From Octopus vulgaris (Eukaryota): 64,000 bases of DNA. Under the pieces are notes generated by a model. The model saw only the letters and a list, made by a program, of their open reading frames with translations, was not told the origin of the DNA and searched no databases. This document shows positions 24,813 to 37,679 of this stretch, piece by piece (the first letter of the stretch is position 1; each line of letters opens with the position of its first letter). The position numbers and the translations under genes were made by a program. Location of the stretch: positions 18,662,001 to 18,726,000 of the forward strand of contig OX597831.1 in the NCBI GenBank assembly GCA_951406725.2, written 5' to 3'.

Positions 24813-27800
24813 AACTTCGTATTCGTTATCTATTCCTTCTGTTTTGCATATGTGAATTACAGGGTCTGTCATGCCCGGAGTCCAACTTTGATAGAAATAA
24901 GCATTCTTGACTGCTATTTCTATTTTTTCGGTATGCGGTCAAGCAACCTGTTTTGCCTGTCCCTTTTTCTTATATACAATATATATACTGAACTTTACAG
25001 AAGTTCCTGCCGGTAATCGGCTATATTTACATACCGAATTCTACCAGTAAATAATTGGGGTTTTTTTAAAAGCCTTTATAGAAATTATTTACTCTTATCT
25101 TTATATTACTATTTGGATTTTTCACTCCCTTTGACAACCTATTTTTGTAATGCGCAAGGCAGAATTTTTGGAGGGAAGATTTATGAATTCAAACGTCTAT
25201 GTAGATTTAGCCTTTGCTCACTCTCTTCAAATATTTTGATGTCGCATGGTCAGAAGGTTTGAGGTACGTAGCATTTGATAAATCTATGATAAATCTTTTT
25301 CAATGGAAAGCTGTGCTGAAGAAGGATGTGAAATATATATGCAATATATATGAAATATATTTCAAAAATATATGGAATATATATTCAATATGTTTATAAT
25401 CCAGAAACATGATGTTCACAGATAACCGCCAGACTTCGTATTCGTTATCTATTCCTTCTGTTTTACATATGTGAATTACAGGGTCTGTCATGCCCGGAGT
25501 CCAACTTTGATAGAAATAAGCATTCTTGACTGCTATTTCTATTTTTTCGGTATGCGGTCAAGCAACCTGTTTTGCCTGTCCCTTTTTCTTTCTTATATAC
25601 AATATATATACTGAACTTTATAGAAGTTCCTGCCGGTAATCGGCTATATTTACATACCGAATTCTACCAGTAAATAATTGGGTTTTTTTTAAAAGCCTTT
25701 ATAGAAATTATTTACTCTTATCTTTATATTACTATTTGGATTTTTCACTCCCTTTGACAACCTATTTTTGTAATGCGCATGGCAGAATTTTTGGAGGGAA
25801 GATTTATGAATTCAAACGTCTATGTAGATTTAGCCTTTGCTCACTCTCTTCAAATATTTTGATGTCGCATGGTCAGAAGGTTTGAGGTACGTAGCATTTG
25901 ATAAATCTATGGTAAATCTTTTTCAATGGAAAGCTGTGCTGAAGAAGGATGTGAAATATATATGCAATATATATGAAATATATTTCAAAAATATATGGAA
26001 TATATATTCAATATGTTTATAATCCAGAAACATGATGTTCACAGATAACCGCCAGACTTCGTATTCGTTATCTATTCCTTCTGTTTTGCATATGTGAATT
26101 ACAGGGTCTGTCATGCCCGGAGTCCAACTTTGATAGAAATAAGCATTCTTGACTGCTATTTCTATTTTTTCGGTATGCGGTCAAGCAACCTGTTTTGCCT
26201 GTCCCTTTTTCTTATATACAATATATATACTGAACTTTACAGAAGTTCCTGCCGGTAATCGGCTATATTTACATACCGAATTCTACCAGTAAATAATTGG
26301 GTTTTTTTTAAAAGGCTTTATAGAAATTATTTACTCTTATCTTTATATTACTATTTGGATTTTTCACTCCCTTTGACAACCTATTTTTGTAATGCGCAAG
26401 GCAGAATTTTTGGAGGGAAGATTTATGAATTCAAACGTCTATGTAGATTTAGCCTTTGCTCACTCTCTTCAAATATTTTGATGTCGCATGGTCAGAAGGT
26501 TTGAGGTACGTAGCATTTGATAAATCTATGATAAATCTTTTTCAATGGAAAGCTGTGCTGAAGAAGGATGTGAAATATATATGCAATATATATGAAATAT
26601 ATTTCAAAAATATATGGAATATATATTCAATATGTTTATAATCCAGAAACATGATGTTCACAGATAACCGCCAGACTTCGTATTCGTTATCTATTCCTTC
26701 TGTTTTACATATGTGAATTACAGGGTCTGTCATGCCCGGAGTCCAACTTTGATAGAAATAAGCATTCTTGACTGCTATTTCTATTTTTTCGGTATGCGGT
26801 CAAGCAACCTGTTTTGCCTGTCCCTTTTTCTTTCTTATATACAATATATATACTGAACTTTATAGAAGTTCCTGCCGGTAATCGGCTATATTTACATACC
26901 GAATTCTACCAGTAAATAATTGGGTTTTTTTTAAAAGCCTTTATAGAAATTATTTACTCTTATCTTTATATTACTATTTGGATTTTTCACTCCCTTTGAC
27001 AACCTATTTTTGTAATGCGCATGGCAGAATTTTTGGAGGGAAGATTTATGAATTCAAACGTCTATGTAGATTTAGCCTTTGCTCACTCTCTTCAAATATT
27101 TTGATGTCGCATGGTCAGAAGGTTTGAGGTACGTAGCATTTGATAAATCTATGATAAATCTTTTTCAATGGAAAGCTGTGCTGAAGAAGGATGTGAAATA
27201 TATATGCAATATATATGAAATATATTTCAAAAATATATGGAATATATATTCAATATGTTTATAATCCAGAAACATGATGTTCACAGATAACCGCCAGACT
27301 TCGTATTCGTTATCTATTCCTTCTGTTTTGCATATGTGAATTACAGGGTCTGTCATGCCCGGAGTCCAACTTTGATAGAAATAAGCATTCTTGACTGCTA
27401 TTTCTATTTTTTCGGTATGCGGTCAAGCAACCTGTTTTGCCTGTCCCTTTTTCTTATATACAATATATATACTGAACTTTACAGAAGTTCCTGCCGGTAA
27501 TCGGCTATATTTACATACCGAATTCTACCAGTAAATAATTGGGTTTTTTTTTAAAAGCCTTTATAGAAATTATTTACTCTTATCTTTATATTACTATTTG
27601 GATTTTTCACTCCCTTTGACAACCTATTTTTGTAATGCGCAAGGCAGAATTTTTGGAGGGAAGATTTATGAATTCAAACGTCTATGTAGATTTAGCCTTT
27701 GCTCACTCTCTTCAAATATTTTGATGTCGCATGGTCAGAAGGTTTGAGGTACGTAGCATTTGATAAATCTATGATAAATCTTTTTCAATGGAAAGCTGTG

Positions 27801-28202
27801 CTGAAGAAGGATGTGAAATATATATGCAATATATATGAAATATATTTCAAAAATATATGGAATATATATTCAATATGTTTATAATCCAGAAACATGATGT
27901 TCACAGATAACCGCCAGACTTCGTATTCGTTATCTATTCCTTCTGTTTTGCATATGTGAATTACAGGGTCTGTCATGCCCGGAGTCCAAATTTGATAGAA
28001 ATAAGCATTCTTGACTGCTATTTCTATTTTTTCGGTATGCGGTCAAGCAACCTGTTTTGCCTGTCCCTTTTTCTTATATACAATATATATATTGAACTTT
28101 ACAGAAGTTCCTGCCGGTAATCGGCTATATTTACATACCGAATTCTACCAGTAAATAATTGGGTTTTTTTTAAAAGCCTTTATAGAAATTATTTACTCTT
28201 AT

Positions 28203-28206
<4 letters not shown>
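24813..28206 (+). repeat. Tandem array of ~5.5 near-identical ~620-bp units, retrozyme/PLE-like
   Basis: Periods 623, 619, 623, 620 from equivalent positions 25214, 25837, 26456, 27079, 27699; ends in (AT)n. Confidence 0.97.
25311..25421 (+). ncRNA. Type I hammerhead ribozyme in each unit (also 25934-26044, 26553-26663, 27176-27286, 27796-27906)
   Basis: ctgtg-CTGAAGA-a-ggat...AT-rich stem...atcc-a-GAAA-ca(tga)tg-TT-cacag: stem I ctgtg/cacag, GUU site after 25416; A.A instead of G-C at the base of stem II. Confidence 0.72.
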
Positions 28207-28265
<59 letters not shown>

Positions 28266-28929
28266 TAGTCAGAAAGCAAAGGCTTTGAAATTGCTACACC
28301 TATAGTTCCGCTTTCTTCAGTGTTATCATTAATGTGTATCCTCTAGGATTTTAACCGTCCCTACTAGAGTTGTTGCATGCATTTACCGTTTAAAGCCATT
28401 AAATGCATGAAGAAATGAAAAACTTACACCGTGAAAACCGCCTTATATAGAGACTTGACCGGCGGCCAATCTTCCACATAATTGTCGGTCTCGAAAAACC
28501 AGCAATCGCTTTATATCAACTCAGTACGAACCCGAATCACTCGTGGCCATACAAATCAATTTACCAAAGTTATATACCTTTTATTTAAGTGATTAACCGC
28601 CTTTCTGTAATTTAGAGTAGAGAAGTAAGAAAAGAAACACCTACCCCGCATAAGACATAACTGAGGAGTGAGAAATATCTGGTACAGTGTTCGTTTTTTC
28701 CCATAAAACAGGAAATGAATAAATGTCGATTGCTAAAAGTAAATTGTTATCAGAAAATAGTTTTAGAAACAACTACAAGTTTACCTCGACTTCAGCTGTT
28801 TCGATTAAAGTCCTTCTCAATTATACGTCGCTTTTCAAAAATAATGTATGGAAAAGAAATAAAATTTAAGTCATTTTCTTCGACTTTAAGTCTGTCCGCC
28901 ACAGATATAGAAAACCGTTAAAGGCATAT

Positions 28930-29420
28930 AAAATTATGTTAATGTACAGTAAATAAGAATAAAAGCATATAAAATGATACTAAAATACGTACAGTAAATG
29001 TTAAGAAACACACCATGAGGTAGTGTAGTTTATTGCATGAATTCATGAAATGAGCTGTGTTTTCTTATTTATCGGTCTTTCGGAACTCATATTGCACTGT
29101 ATTTCCAATATCTACCGTTAGGCGTCGTTGTCACTCGAGATTACTGCGATTGTTTTGAATACAGATTTGTTTGCGTCTGTTAATCGGCAACTATCTCATT
29201 CTCATGCATTTGTCCCCCATGGCTCCTAAGAAAATTCATACTGAAAGTGCTAAGCGTCATGGTATAACGCTGGAAGATAAACTGGCTATGATAGAGCGCC
29301 ATGAAAAAGGTGAAAAGTGGTAGCAATTGTATGATCTTTTGGGATGAGTCTGTACATAATAAGGACACTGAACACCCAAGGTTGAAGGACACTGTCATTA
29401 ATAAGAAAAGAGGCAAAATC
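28930..29420 (+). mobile_element. Tigger/pogo transposon 5' remnant
   Basis: From ~29219 MAPKKIHTESAKRHGITLEDKLAMIERHEKGEK, typical CENP-B/psq HTH start; frameshifted after. Confidence 0.6.
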
Positions 29421-29953
29421 TTTGAAGAAATGGAATGTCACATGACATATTTAAATGAACTTCCATGTACCTGCATGTTTCCTCTTTTCTCTACAGCGGC
29501 CAGAAAATGAAGGGTCCAAGGTGACTGACCTTAAATGACAGCTAGATAAATTTTGACAACGCTGGTACAATTTCATTCCAGATGACAAAATAATGTTTGC
29601 TCAGTAAAAATCGAATTTTGTTTGATGACGAAGTGGTGTGATTGAATATTTCGGTCTATCGCTGACATTTGCTTCTACTGTAGCGTTGTATACGATAGAA
29701 TTACCAAATGCATTTAAAATCTAGTGAGCAATTCTCACGAATTCTCCGGACGCATCTTTTATGTCGGTCAGTTTTTTCACAATCTTTTATTCATTCAGCT
29801 GTGCTATGATATGAAAGTTTAAGTTCCTACTGAGGGTATGAGAAATTTCCAACAGATAACCTAACCGGAAAAATTAGATAATCTGGGATGTACCTCCTCA
29901 GATTCTAGAATTTTTACCTTCAAAACACTAAAATAGCCTCTACTGTAATATAC

Positions 29954-30038
29954 ACAGATCTCACAATAGGCGCGCACAGCATGAGAAACAGCACATGCCC
30001 ATTCCGAAACAAAACATACGTAGATAATAAACCAAACC
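29954..30038 (-). CDS. Candidate gene A exon 3: (R)VWFIIYVCFVSEWACAVSHAVRAYCEIC
   Basis: Pyrimidine tract plus AAG acceptor, gtatat donor, phase 2->0; Cys at codons 8 and 28 as in gene B exon 3, but little other similarity; alternatives near 29700-29780 and 28428-28510. Confidence 0.35.
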
Positions 30039-30412
30039 CTTTAGAGAGCGAAAATGTAAGCAAAAATTGACGTATTTGAAACAAAACTAACTCAGTATAC
30101 TCACGTCATACTAAAGAGAAGGACGTTTCAAGTAGGGTTACCATGACGACAAAGCCATTTCTCTCATCTAAAGACTGACCAAAAATGTTACGTTTTCGAT
30201 GTGGTCGAAAGATTGCGGTAGACTTGGGAAAGATAATGTCTCCCAACTCTACCAATATTTTTGTCTACATAGATAGTTTTGGCACAAACTCTCTTCCTTA
30301 AACCATTTAATAATTTCATCTTTGTTTGGTCGCACACTCCACCCCTCTTGCATGAATTTCCTTCTATAATATATATATATATTAGATGGCCCGGAGATGG
30401 TGTTCAGGCATT

Positions 30413-30683
30413 ATATATTAGAAGAAATGAGGTCCACAGAAATCTGGATGGTTTTATATTTACAGATATTTATTAGTATGTTACATATTTTTATAAATAA
30501 TATATCATATAATAGCGCTTTCGTCCACTCTTGTGGAGTTTTCAGATTGAACTATTTCAGTTTAAAAACTCCACTACAGTAGACGAAAGCGCTATGATAT
30601 GATATAGGATTTATACAAACATGTAACATACTAATAAATATCTGTGAATATAGAACCATCCAGATTTCTGAGTACCTCATTTC

Positions 30684-30694
<11 letters not shown>
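30413..30694. repeat. Diverged inverted repeat of PLE-like termini, each arm with a degenerate hammerhead
   Basis: ~130-bp inverted arms; minus strand CTGAAAA-ctccac(aaga)gtggac-GAAA-gcgc-TA with palindromic AGCGCT. Confidence 0.7.
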
Positions 30695-30722
<28 letters not shown>

Positions 30723-30851
30723 CAATATGTGCTGCATGTATGAGTGCACGTGTGCGGGGGGTCCCTGAGTGTATGCATGTGTGTGTGTGCGTGTGTGTGA
30801 ATAATTTTGAAAATATTAATTATATTAATAGTAGCAGTAAGATATATATAC

Positions 30852-30945
30852 CTGCAGAAGTTATGGTCACTTCCTCTGAAAACATCAAAACTATTATGAC
30901 AAACCTTTCGTGCTAATGCATTGCAATCCTCATGTGTGGTGACGC
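30852..30945 (-). CDS. Gene A exon 2: GVTTHEDCNALARKVCHNSFDVFRGSDHNFC
   Basis: ttctag acceptor, TGCAG|gtatat donor, 94 nt phase 1->2; three Cys and ExCxALAxKxC...G...FC align with exon 59080-59179. Confidence 0.88.
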
Positions 30946-31837
30946 CTAGAATTTAAAAATAAGATTGCCTATTACTTAAAGTTGTTTTTTTATAAAAAAA
31001 ATAAGTATTTGTTTTCTATCAACATAATATATAACGTAGACGATAATACTTAATTCTGGCCAGAAACCATATCATTACGTGCCTGTCATAATATCAATGT
31101 CTGTATAATTTCATGTGAGAGAGAGAGAGAGAGAGACATGGATCTCTAAGTGTCTCCTTTGTCTGAAAATTAGATTCTGGTAATTCCCATGATATTGTTA
31201 CGAACGTCTCCAAATCATGATAAGTTTCAGCATCCGATGGATATAGTTTTCATTTTCTAATTTTCTCTGGTTTGGTTTTGTAGTTGAAGAGGTTGTTTTG
31301 CAATCACATGATTTCTAGTTCACTCCCAGTTTATGGAACTGCAGCAAACATATTTCTCTATGTATCCAGGTTGACCGATGCTTCGTTACTGAAATCTGTT
31401 TTGTGGAAACTGGGAGGAAGAACATCATCAATATTCGTATATGTCTGTGCGTTTGTTGTGTATATTTACATATGTATGAGTTATGCCTACGTGTGTCCTT
31501 CTATAAACTGCAGGTTTAAAGTCACCTAACCTAGCTCGGCGATAAAACACACAGAATGAGTTCGAGATTTAAAAAGTAATTACTCGGGCGTTTTATTCGG
31601 CTAAAACTTTCCATGCCAGGTCCCAGCAGGGACTCAGGCCAAGGACACAAGCAGGTAAATCATAAAAGATATATATATAAATGTTCCTTCTTGAGCCATG
31701 CCAGGCTCATAACGGCCGGTTTCCCCGTTTTATTGGCGTATAAACTCCCCACCTGGACGGGACGCCAGTCCGTCTCAGGATTACTCATTTTTGCCAGGTG
31801 AGTGGACTGGAGCAACGTGAAATGAAGTGTTTTGGTC

Positions 31838-31927
31838 AAGAACACAACGCATCAAACGCTCCAGGAACCGAAACCACAACATTACGACCATGAGTTCAAC
31901 ACCCTAACCACTAAGCCACGTGCCCCA

Positions 31928-31975
<48 letters not shown>

Positions 31976-32018
31976 TTAAACGTATATGTATATATATATA
32001 TAAATACGTATATATACG

Positions 32019-32053
<35 letters not shown>

Positions 32054-32145
32054 AGTGGGGCGCGTGGCTTAGTGGTTAGAGTGTTGAACTCATGGTCGTA
32101 ATGTTGTGGTTTCGGTTCCTGGAGCGGTTGATGCGTTGTGTTCTT
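31838..32145. repeat. ~310-bp palindrome of SINE head plus microsatellite
   Basis: Arms are near-perfect reverse complements including (CA)n/(TG)n; left arm belongs to minus-strand SINE ~31685-31930. Confidence 0.9.
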
Positions 32146-32623
32146 ATATATATATTGTTCAATATATATATAGATACAAACGCACAAACACCCACACACA
32201 CACATAATTCCCGAACAAATGTACTAAATAGATGTTGTCACTTCCGCCGAGGTCGACTTTGCCTTTTATCCTTTCGGGGTCGATAAATTAAGTACACTTG
32301 CGTACTGGGATCGATCTAATCGACAGGTCCCCTTGGCCATTAAAAATTGAATCCATTAAAATTGCCATCAATCCTCTTCGCAACAAAAAAATGAGATTTC
32401 AATTCTGACTGGTTCAAACATTCAAAGTTGATGCTAACTAACCAATATGCTATTATTTAAGGTTACGTTATAGTTATTACCATTATAATATAGGAGATAG
32501 TGGGACATCTTGCTGCGATGTATTGATGCACATAGCAAAGAATAGACGAATGGGAGTATTATAAAATCCCTCATGAAATTACGCCCTCCTTCTATGTACA
32601 TATGCATGTGTGTATATATAAAC

Positions 32624-33030
32624 TAGACCCGACGTTGCTGGGTGATATTTATAATATAATGACTTGACAGAGTTTGGGAATAACACACCCGTATAGGATG
32701 AATTATGAAGGGATTTTTCAAATGTTTTTCATTATACCCTTGCAAATAATACGATAGGCAATTTAGGAGAATAAACGGATTGAAAATTCATGACTCCCCC
32801 GAGCCTTCCGGACTCACGTTATCCATTTTCTTTCTTTCTTTTTTTTTCACTACGCGCTTAAAAATAATAGAGGACTCATTTTCGGTAGAAGAAAATAAAC
32901 AATTTCAAAATAATGACGATTTTTTCCAAAAACTTCTCCCATACTCAGTACCAATTTTGGCCAATTTTGATATCGGTGTGTTTACGTCCGGTATAAGAAA
33001 CCGATAGAAAAAGTTTGGGGATTCATTTCT
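32624..33030 (-). mobile_element. Helitron-like remnant
   Basis: Minus strand ends cccagcaacgtcgggt-CTAG|T, like the 3' end of the element at 42702-43218; 5' boundary approximate. Confidence 0.5.
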
Positions 33031-33092
33031 TCGACTAACGTCAGTGCTACAGCATGGCCGCAGTTCCACGACTAAAACGAGTTAGAGAATAA

Positions 33093-33146
<54 letters not shown>

Positions 33147-33284
33147 CTCAAGTGATTTTGTGACTATGATTTGTTTTGACCCTTATTTTTAGCAACACGG
33201 GTGCTGATTAATGCTATTTATACACACTAGTGATCAAGAGTATGATTTTAAGCTGTAAAATTGCTAATTAGCCACCCATACTGT

Positions 33285-33347
<63 letters not shown>

Positions 33348-33359
33348 TTATATCGATAT

Positions 33360-33750
33360 AAGGAGTGGCTGTGTGGTAAGTAGCTTGTTTACCAACCGCA
33401 TGGTTTCGGGTTCAGTCCCACTGCGTGGCCAAGTGTCTTCTGCTATAGCCTCGGGCCGACCAAAGCCTTGTGAGTGGATTTGGTAGACGGAAACTGAAAG
33501 AAGCCCGTCGTATATATGTATATATATATATGCGTGTGTGTGTTTGTGTGTGTGTCCCTAGCATTGTTTGACAACCGATGCTGGTGTGTTTATGTCCCCG
33601 TTACTTAGCGGTTCGGCAAAAAGAGACCGATAGAATAAGTACTGGGCTTACAAAAGATTAAGTCCCGGGGTCGAGTTGCTCGATTAAAGGCGGTGCTCCA
33701 GCATGGCCGCAGTCAAATGACTGAAACAAGTAAAAGAGTAAAAGAGTATA
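33360..33750 (+). mobile_element. tRNA-headed SINE with internal microsatellite (second copy 54415-54845 -; fragments ~43500-43820, 49670-49810, 59460-59830)
   Basis: ggagtggctgtgtggtaagtagc...ggttcagtccc head and (gtaaaaga)n tail, matched in reverse at 54415-54845. Confidence 0.85.
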
Positions 33751-35504
33751 TATATATACGTGTATGTATGTTGGTGTGTGCGTTTATGGATGTGCATGTT
33801 GGCATGCATGTATCTACTCTTGTATGTTTAGGCATATGAATATATATATTTATATATATATACACACACACAAACAAAATCGAACGTACACGTATTGTGT
33901 TCGCAGTTGTTCCGGTGGTTGTATTTCATGCGTGAGAGTATATATATTTTCGGTGATCCTGGTGTAAAAGAATTGAATGTAAATCATAGATAAGAGTGAC
34001 AACTTACATCAAATCCATTATTTTTCTTTTCCCTTTTACCTCGTCTGTGGTAATGTAAACTGGTTATTATCAGACGTGTGCGTTTCGTGAAAGTTTATGT
34101 GTACGAACATATGTATTGTTTAATTCACTCATTCCAGCTATTTGTAATAAAGCAAATTAACTCTTTCGCAGTGTGTGAGATATCAGTAATCACCTATCAA
34201 TACGTACTTCCCTTTCTAGGTATCCAGCGTTCCTCTTACGTACTAATGTGTTCAGTTACCTATCTAAACCTCCACTCCATCTCTATATCAGCTCATCCAT
34301 TTCTTAAACCATACATACATCTATGCTTATACTCTCTATCAGTATACAAAACGCAGATATATGTTTTTCCATTTGTAATGTATCTTTTCTGTTTCCTTCA
34401 TCACATTATCTCCTCGTTTATTTAATTTCTTTCCTCTAATCCGTTAGTCTCCCTCTCTTTACCACGTATTGAGCATAATCTCGTACAAATTATTTCTGAA
34501 ATCATTTTGTTTAAGAATCATAAACATGAATGTTAAATAGTGTCCTAGGCAGTTAACGATTGTATTAGAATGTGTAATACCAGAAAGATGGATGAGAATA
34601 GAAGGGGAAATAGAAAGCCAAATATAGCATATAATTCTTTTAAAAAAGATAACTCTAAAAGAACAGAATAATATTTAAGCGGAATGAGACGAAAATTAAA
34701 GGAAAGCATAGGAACGCTGGGAAGACATTCTACTAAATAAGGCGCTTTCTTAAGATAATACAGAAAGCCGAAGGACTAACTTTCAAGGAGGCTGTAATGC
34801 ATCCATGTTAGGCCATATCTTAGAAGCTAAGAACATAGTGGAAATAAGTAAGAGAAATTTGTTTAATTCCAGGTACTTTGGACAAGCCTTTCCCCATATA
34901 CCTCCGTTGTAGTTATACCTACTATTCTAATATGAAATATCACATATATTTAAATTCATTCCTATTTCAATCCTAGAACCACCAATGTCACGCAGAAAGA
35001 AACGTGCTCCATGTAGACATGGCTTGCAGTATGGCATTGGCCTTATATGTGCAGTGCCTCCAGGAATAATCAAAGAATTGGTAGCATCAATACTGTTTGG
35101 TCACAAGGCTAAATTTACCAAAAGCCTGAATCCAGTTGCACAACTGGAATAAACAACCGCACTCATTTGGCAAAGACCAAAAGGACTTTGAAGGGATGAA
35201 AACAGGATTGCATCTAGTGAGCTCGATAAAACAATAAGCTTAGATATAGAAGAAACCCGAGTAGATTACAAGGTGGTACCACCCATGGACAATTACATGG
35301 ACGCAGTGATATAGCGACAAATAGACTTAAAACAGATGATTATTTCTAGGGTAATTCCGTAGATAAATAGATGAAATAAACAAGTATACGTGTAGTCAGA
35401 CAGATACAGATTATAACATTTAAAATTTTAGGTGGGATACAAAGCATAGTGCAGTAATCTTCATGGATCCCTTAGATTATCTACGCTATATTGTAGCCAC
35501 TTAC

Positions 35505-35541
35505 CAGAAAGGAGAAAGAAGATAAATGCAAAAATCACCAT
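35505..35541 (-). CDS. Gene A exon 1, signal peptide MVIFAFIFFLLS(G)
   Basis: ATG, 37 coding nt, CTG|gtaagt donor; same length, phase and donor as 62204-62240. Confidence 0.85.
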
Positions 35542-35894
35542 CGTCGTTTATCCCTGACAAATTCTAAGTTAAATTATCTCCTACGCGTAGACATATGGTT
35601 TCACTGTATCCAGCTGCAACATATGGAAGCACATTTAAAACGAATATAATTGCACCTTTTTGATGAATGAGCTTTACTACGTTAGCTCTTTGGAAGTTAC
35701 CGATGTTATGTATCATTATGTACCTACGGAGAACATGGATAATACAAAAGAAATGACAGTAGTTCTGTATACACGCACATTTATATTTATGTACACATAC
35801 GTGTGCGTGTATCTGTCTATCTATCTATCCATCTATCTATCCTTCTATCTCTCTCTCTCTCTATCTATCTATCTATATGCATATTTGTGTGTGC

Positions 35895-35940
<46 letters not shown>

Positions 35941-36005
35941 GTTTAAATATTTGTTGTTCGTGTGTTTTTATTGGGTAAACTGTCAATATGACCATTCCGA
36001 AATAT

Positions 36006-36056
<51 letters not shown>

Positions 36057-36087
36057 CGTATATTAATATATATATACATATATCTAT

Positions 36088-36121
<34 letters not shown>

Positions 36122-36161
36122 ATATCACATATATACATACACATTGTACACACACACACAT

Positions 36162-36210
<49 letters not shown>

Positions 36211-37265
36211 TATATATATATATATATATATATGCCTGTAGACATGTATGTATACACACACATGTATATAAGAACTAAGGATCGAGATGTGGGAAATTCT
36301 GATGGAATCTTTCATGTCTTAACGTGTACATCCTCACAGCAATGTTGACTTTCATTCAGTGAAGACACCCTTGGTCTGACATGTCACCTACGCTATACAC
36401 ATAGCTTGGATATTTGCCACTTCCGAGGTTCCGCTCAGTTGAAAACACATCTAGCTCGGATCTAATCTAATCTATTCCTTAGTTTCTGTATATATGTATG
36501 TGTGTATGTATGTATGTATGTATGTATGTATGTATGTATGTATGTATGTATGTATGTATGTATGTATGCATGTATGTGTAACTATTTGGACTTTGGGTAT
36601 GTGGTTGGAAGCACATTCACTGTTTGGGTTACCTGATGTCACCCACAGTTACGATATAATATTCACTAGACCTATACTTCAGGGCATCAGCAATATTTCT
36701 TAATTTTTTAATTCATGAGAGAAGCGGATGATGGAATTAGTACGAAGCTCTGCAGCCTTGGCCAAAAGTATTAGGCCACCCCAATGTTTTGGGATTCTGC
36801 TTTCTCAATATCAATGAAACTCGTGCTCATAGTTGATTATGGTATATTTCACAATATACAAAAGTTTTAATATCTGGTTCACCCTGTAGCATCAATTACT
36901 TCTTTTATTCTGTACTGTACACATGAGACGAATGATGAGTAAGACCAACGTCCAAATTTGACTTATTCTTCGTTGATTATTTCGGAGTTTTTTGCTAAAA
37001 CACTTTATAGATACAGTTAATATACAGTAAAAGTTTCAAACAAAAAAGGAGTTGAGTGGTGATGATGGTGGTATTCATCGAGTTCATGGTGTTAGTGGTG
37101 GTGTTTTATGAGTCTTGATTTCACTTATCAAGGAGGTCTGTGCATATGTTTTGAAGAAAACAGTGATCGCCTTTCTTTACTGAATTCAATATTTCAACAG
37201 TATGATTTTCAAAAAAAATAGTAAATTGAATAATCTTTATTTGTAAAATTCAATCAGTCGTAATG

Positions 37266-37327
<62 letters not shown>

Positions 37328-37393
37328 TATACATGCATATATACACGTACGTATGGATATATGTATATAGATTTAGATAGATGAGAGATAGAT

Positions 37394-37466
<73 letters not shown>

Positions 37467-37679
37467 GATATGAAGATTTTTGAAGTCACGTGTGGATGTG
37501 AGATTTCAATTTCAGTAACGCTGAAATTTGAATCATACACAAATATATATAATAGCCTTAAATAGGCTAACCTATATGAATAGCACACTTCGAAGATCAT
37601 ACACACACACACACACACAAATATATATATATATATATAAATTTATATATATATATGTATATATATGAACCGTAACTCA

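Noticed and set aside
25214-27976. Repeated 61-aa and 63-aa ORFs in the array
   Set aside because: Short, low complexity, overlap the AU-rich hammerhead stem; identity is explained by DNA repetition.
24813-28206. CRISPR-like or rDNA/snRNA gene array
   Set aside because: No repeat-spacer pattern and no recognisable 5S, tRNA or U snRNA sequence.
28785-28825. GAAACAGCTG hammerhead-like fragment on minus strand
   Set aside because: Core and stems I/II do not form convincingly.
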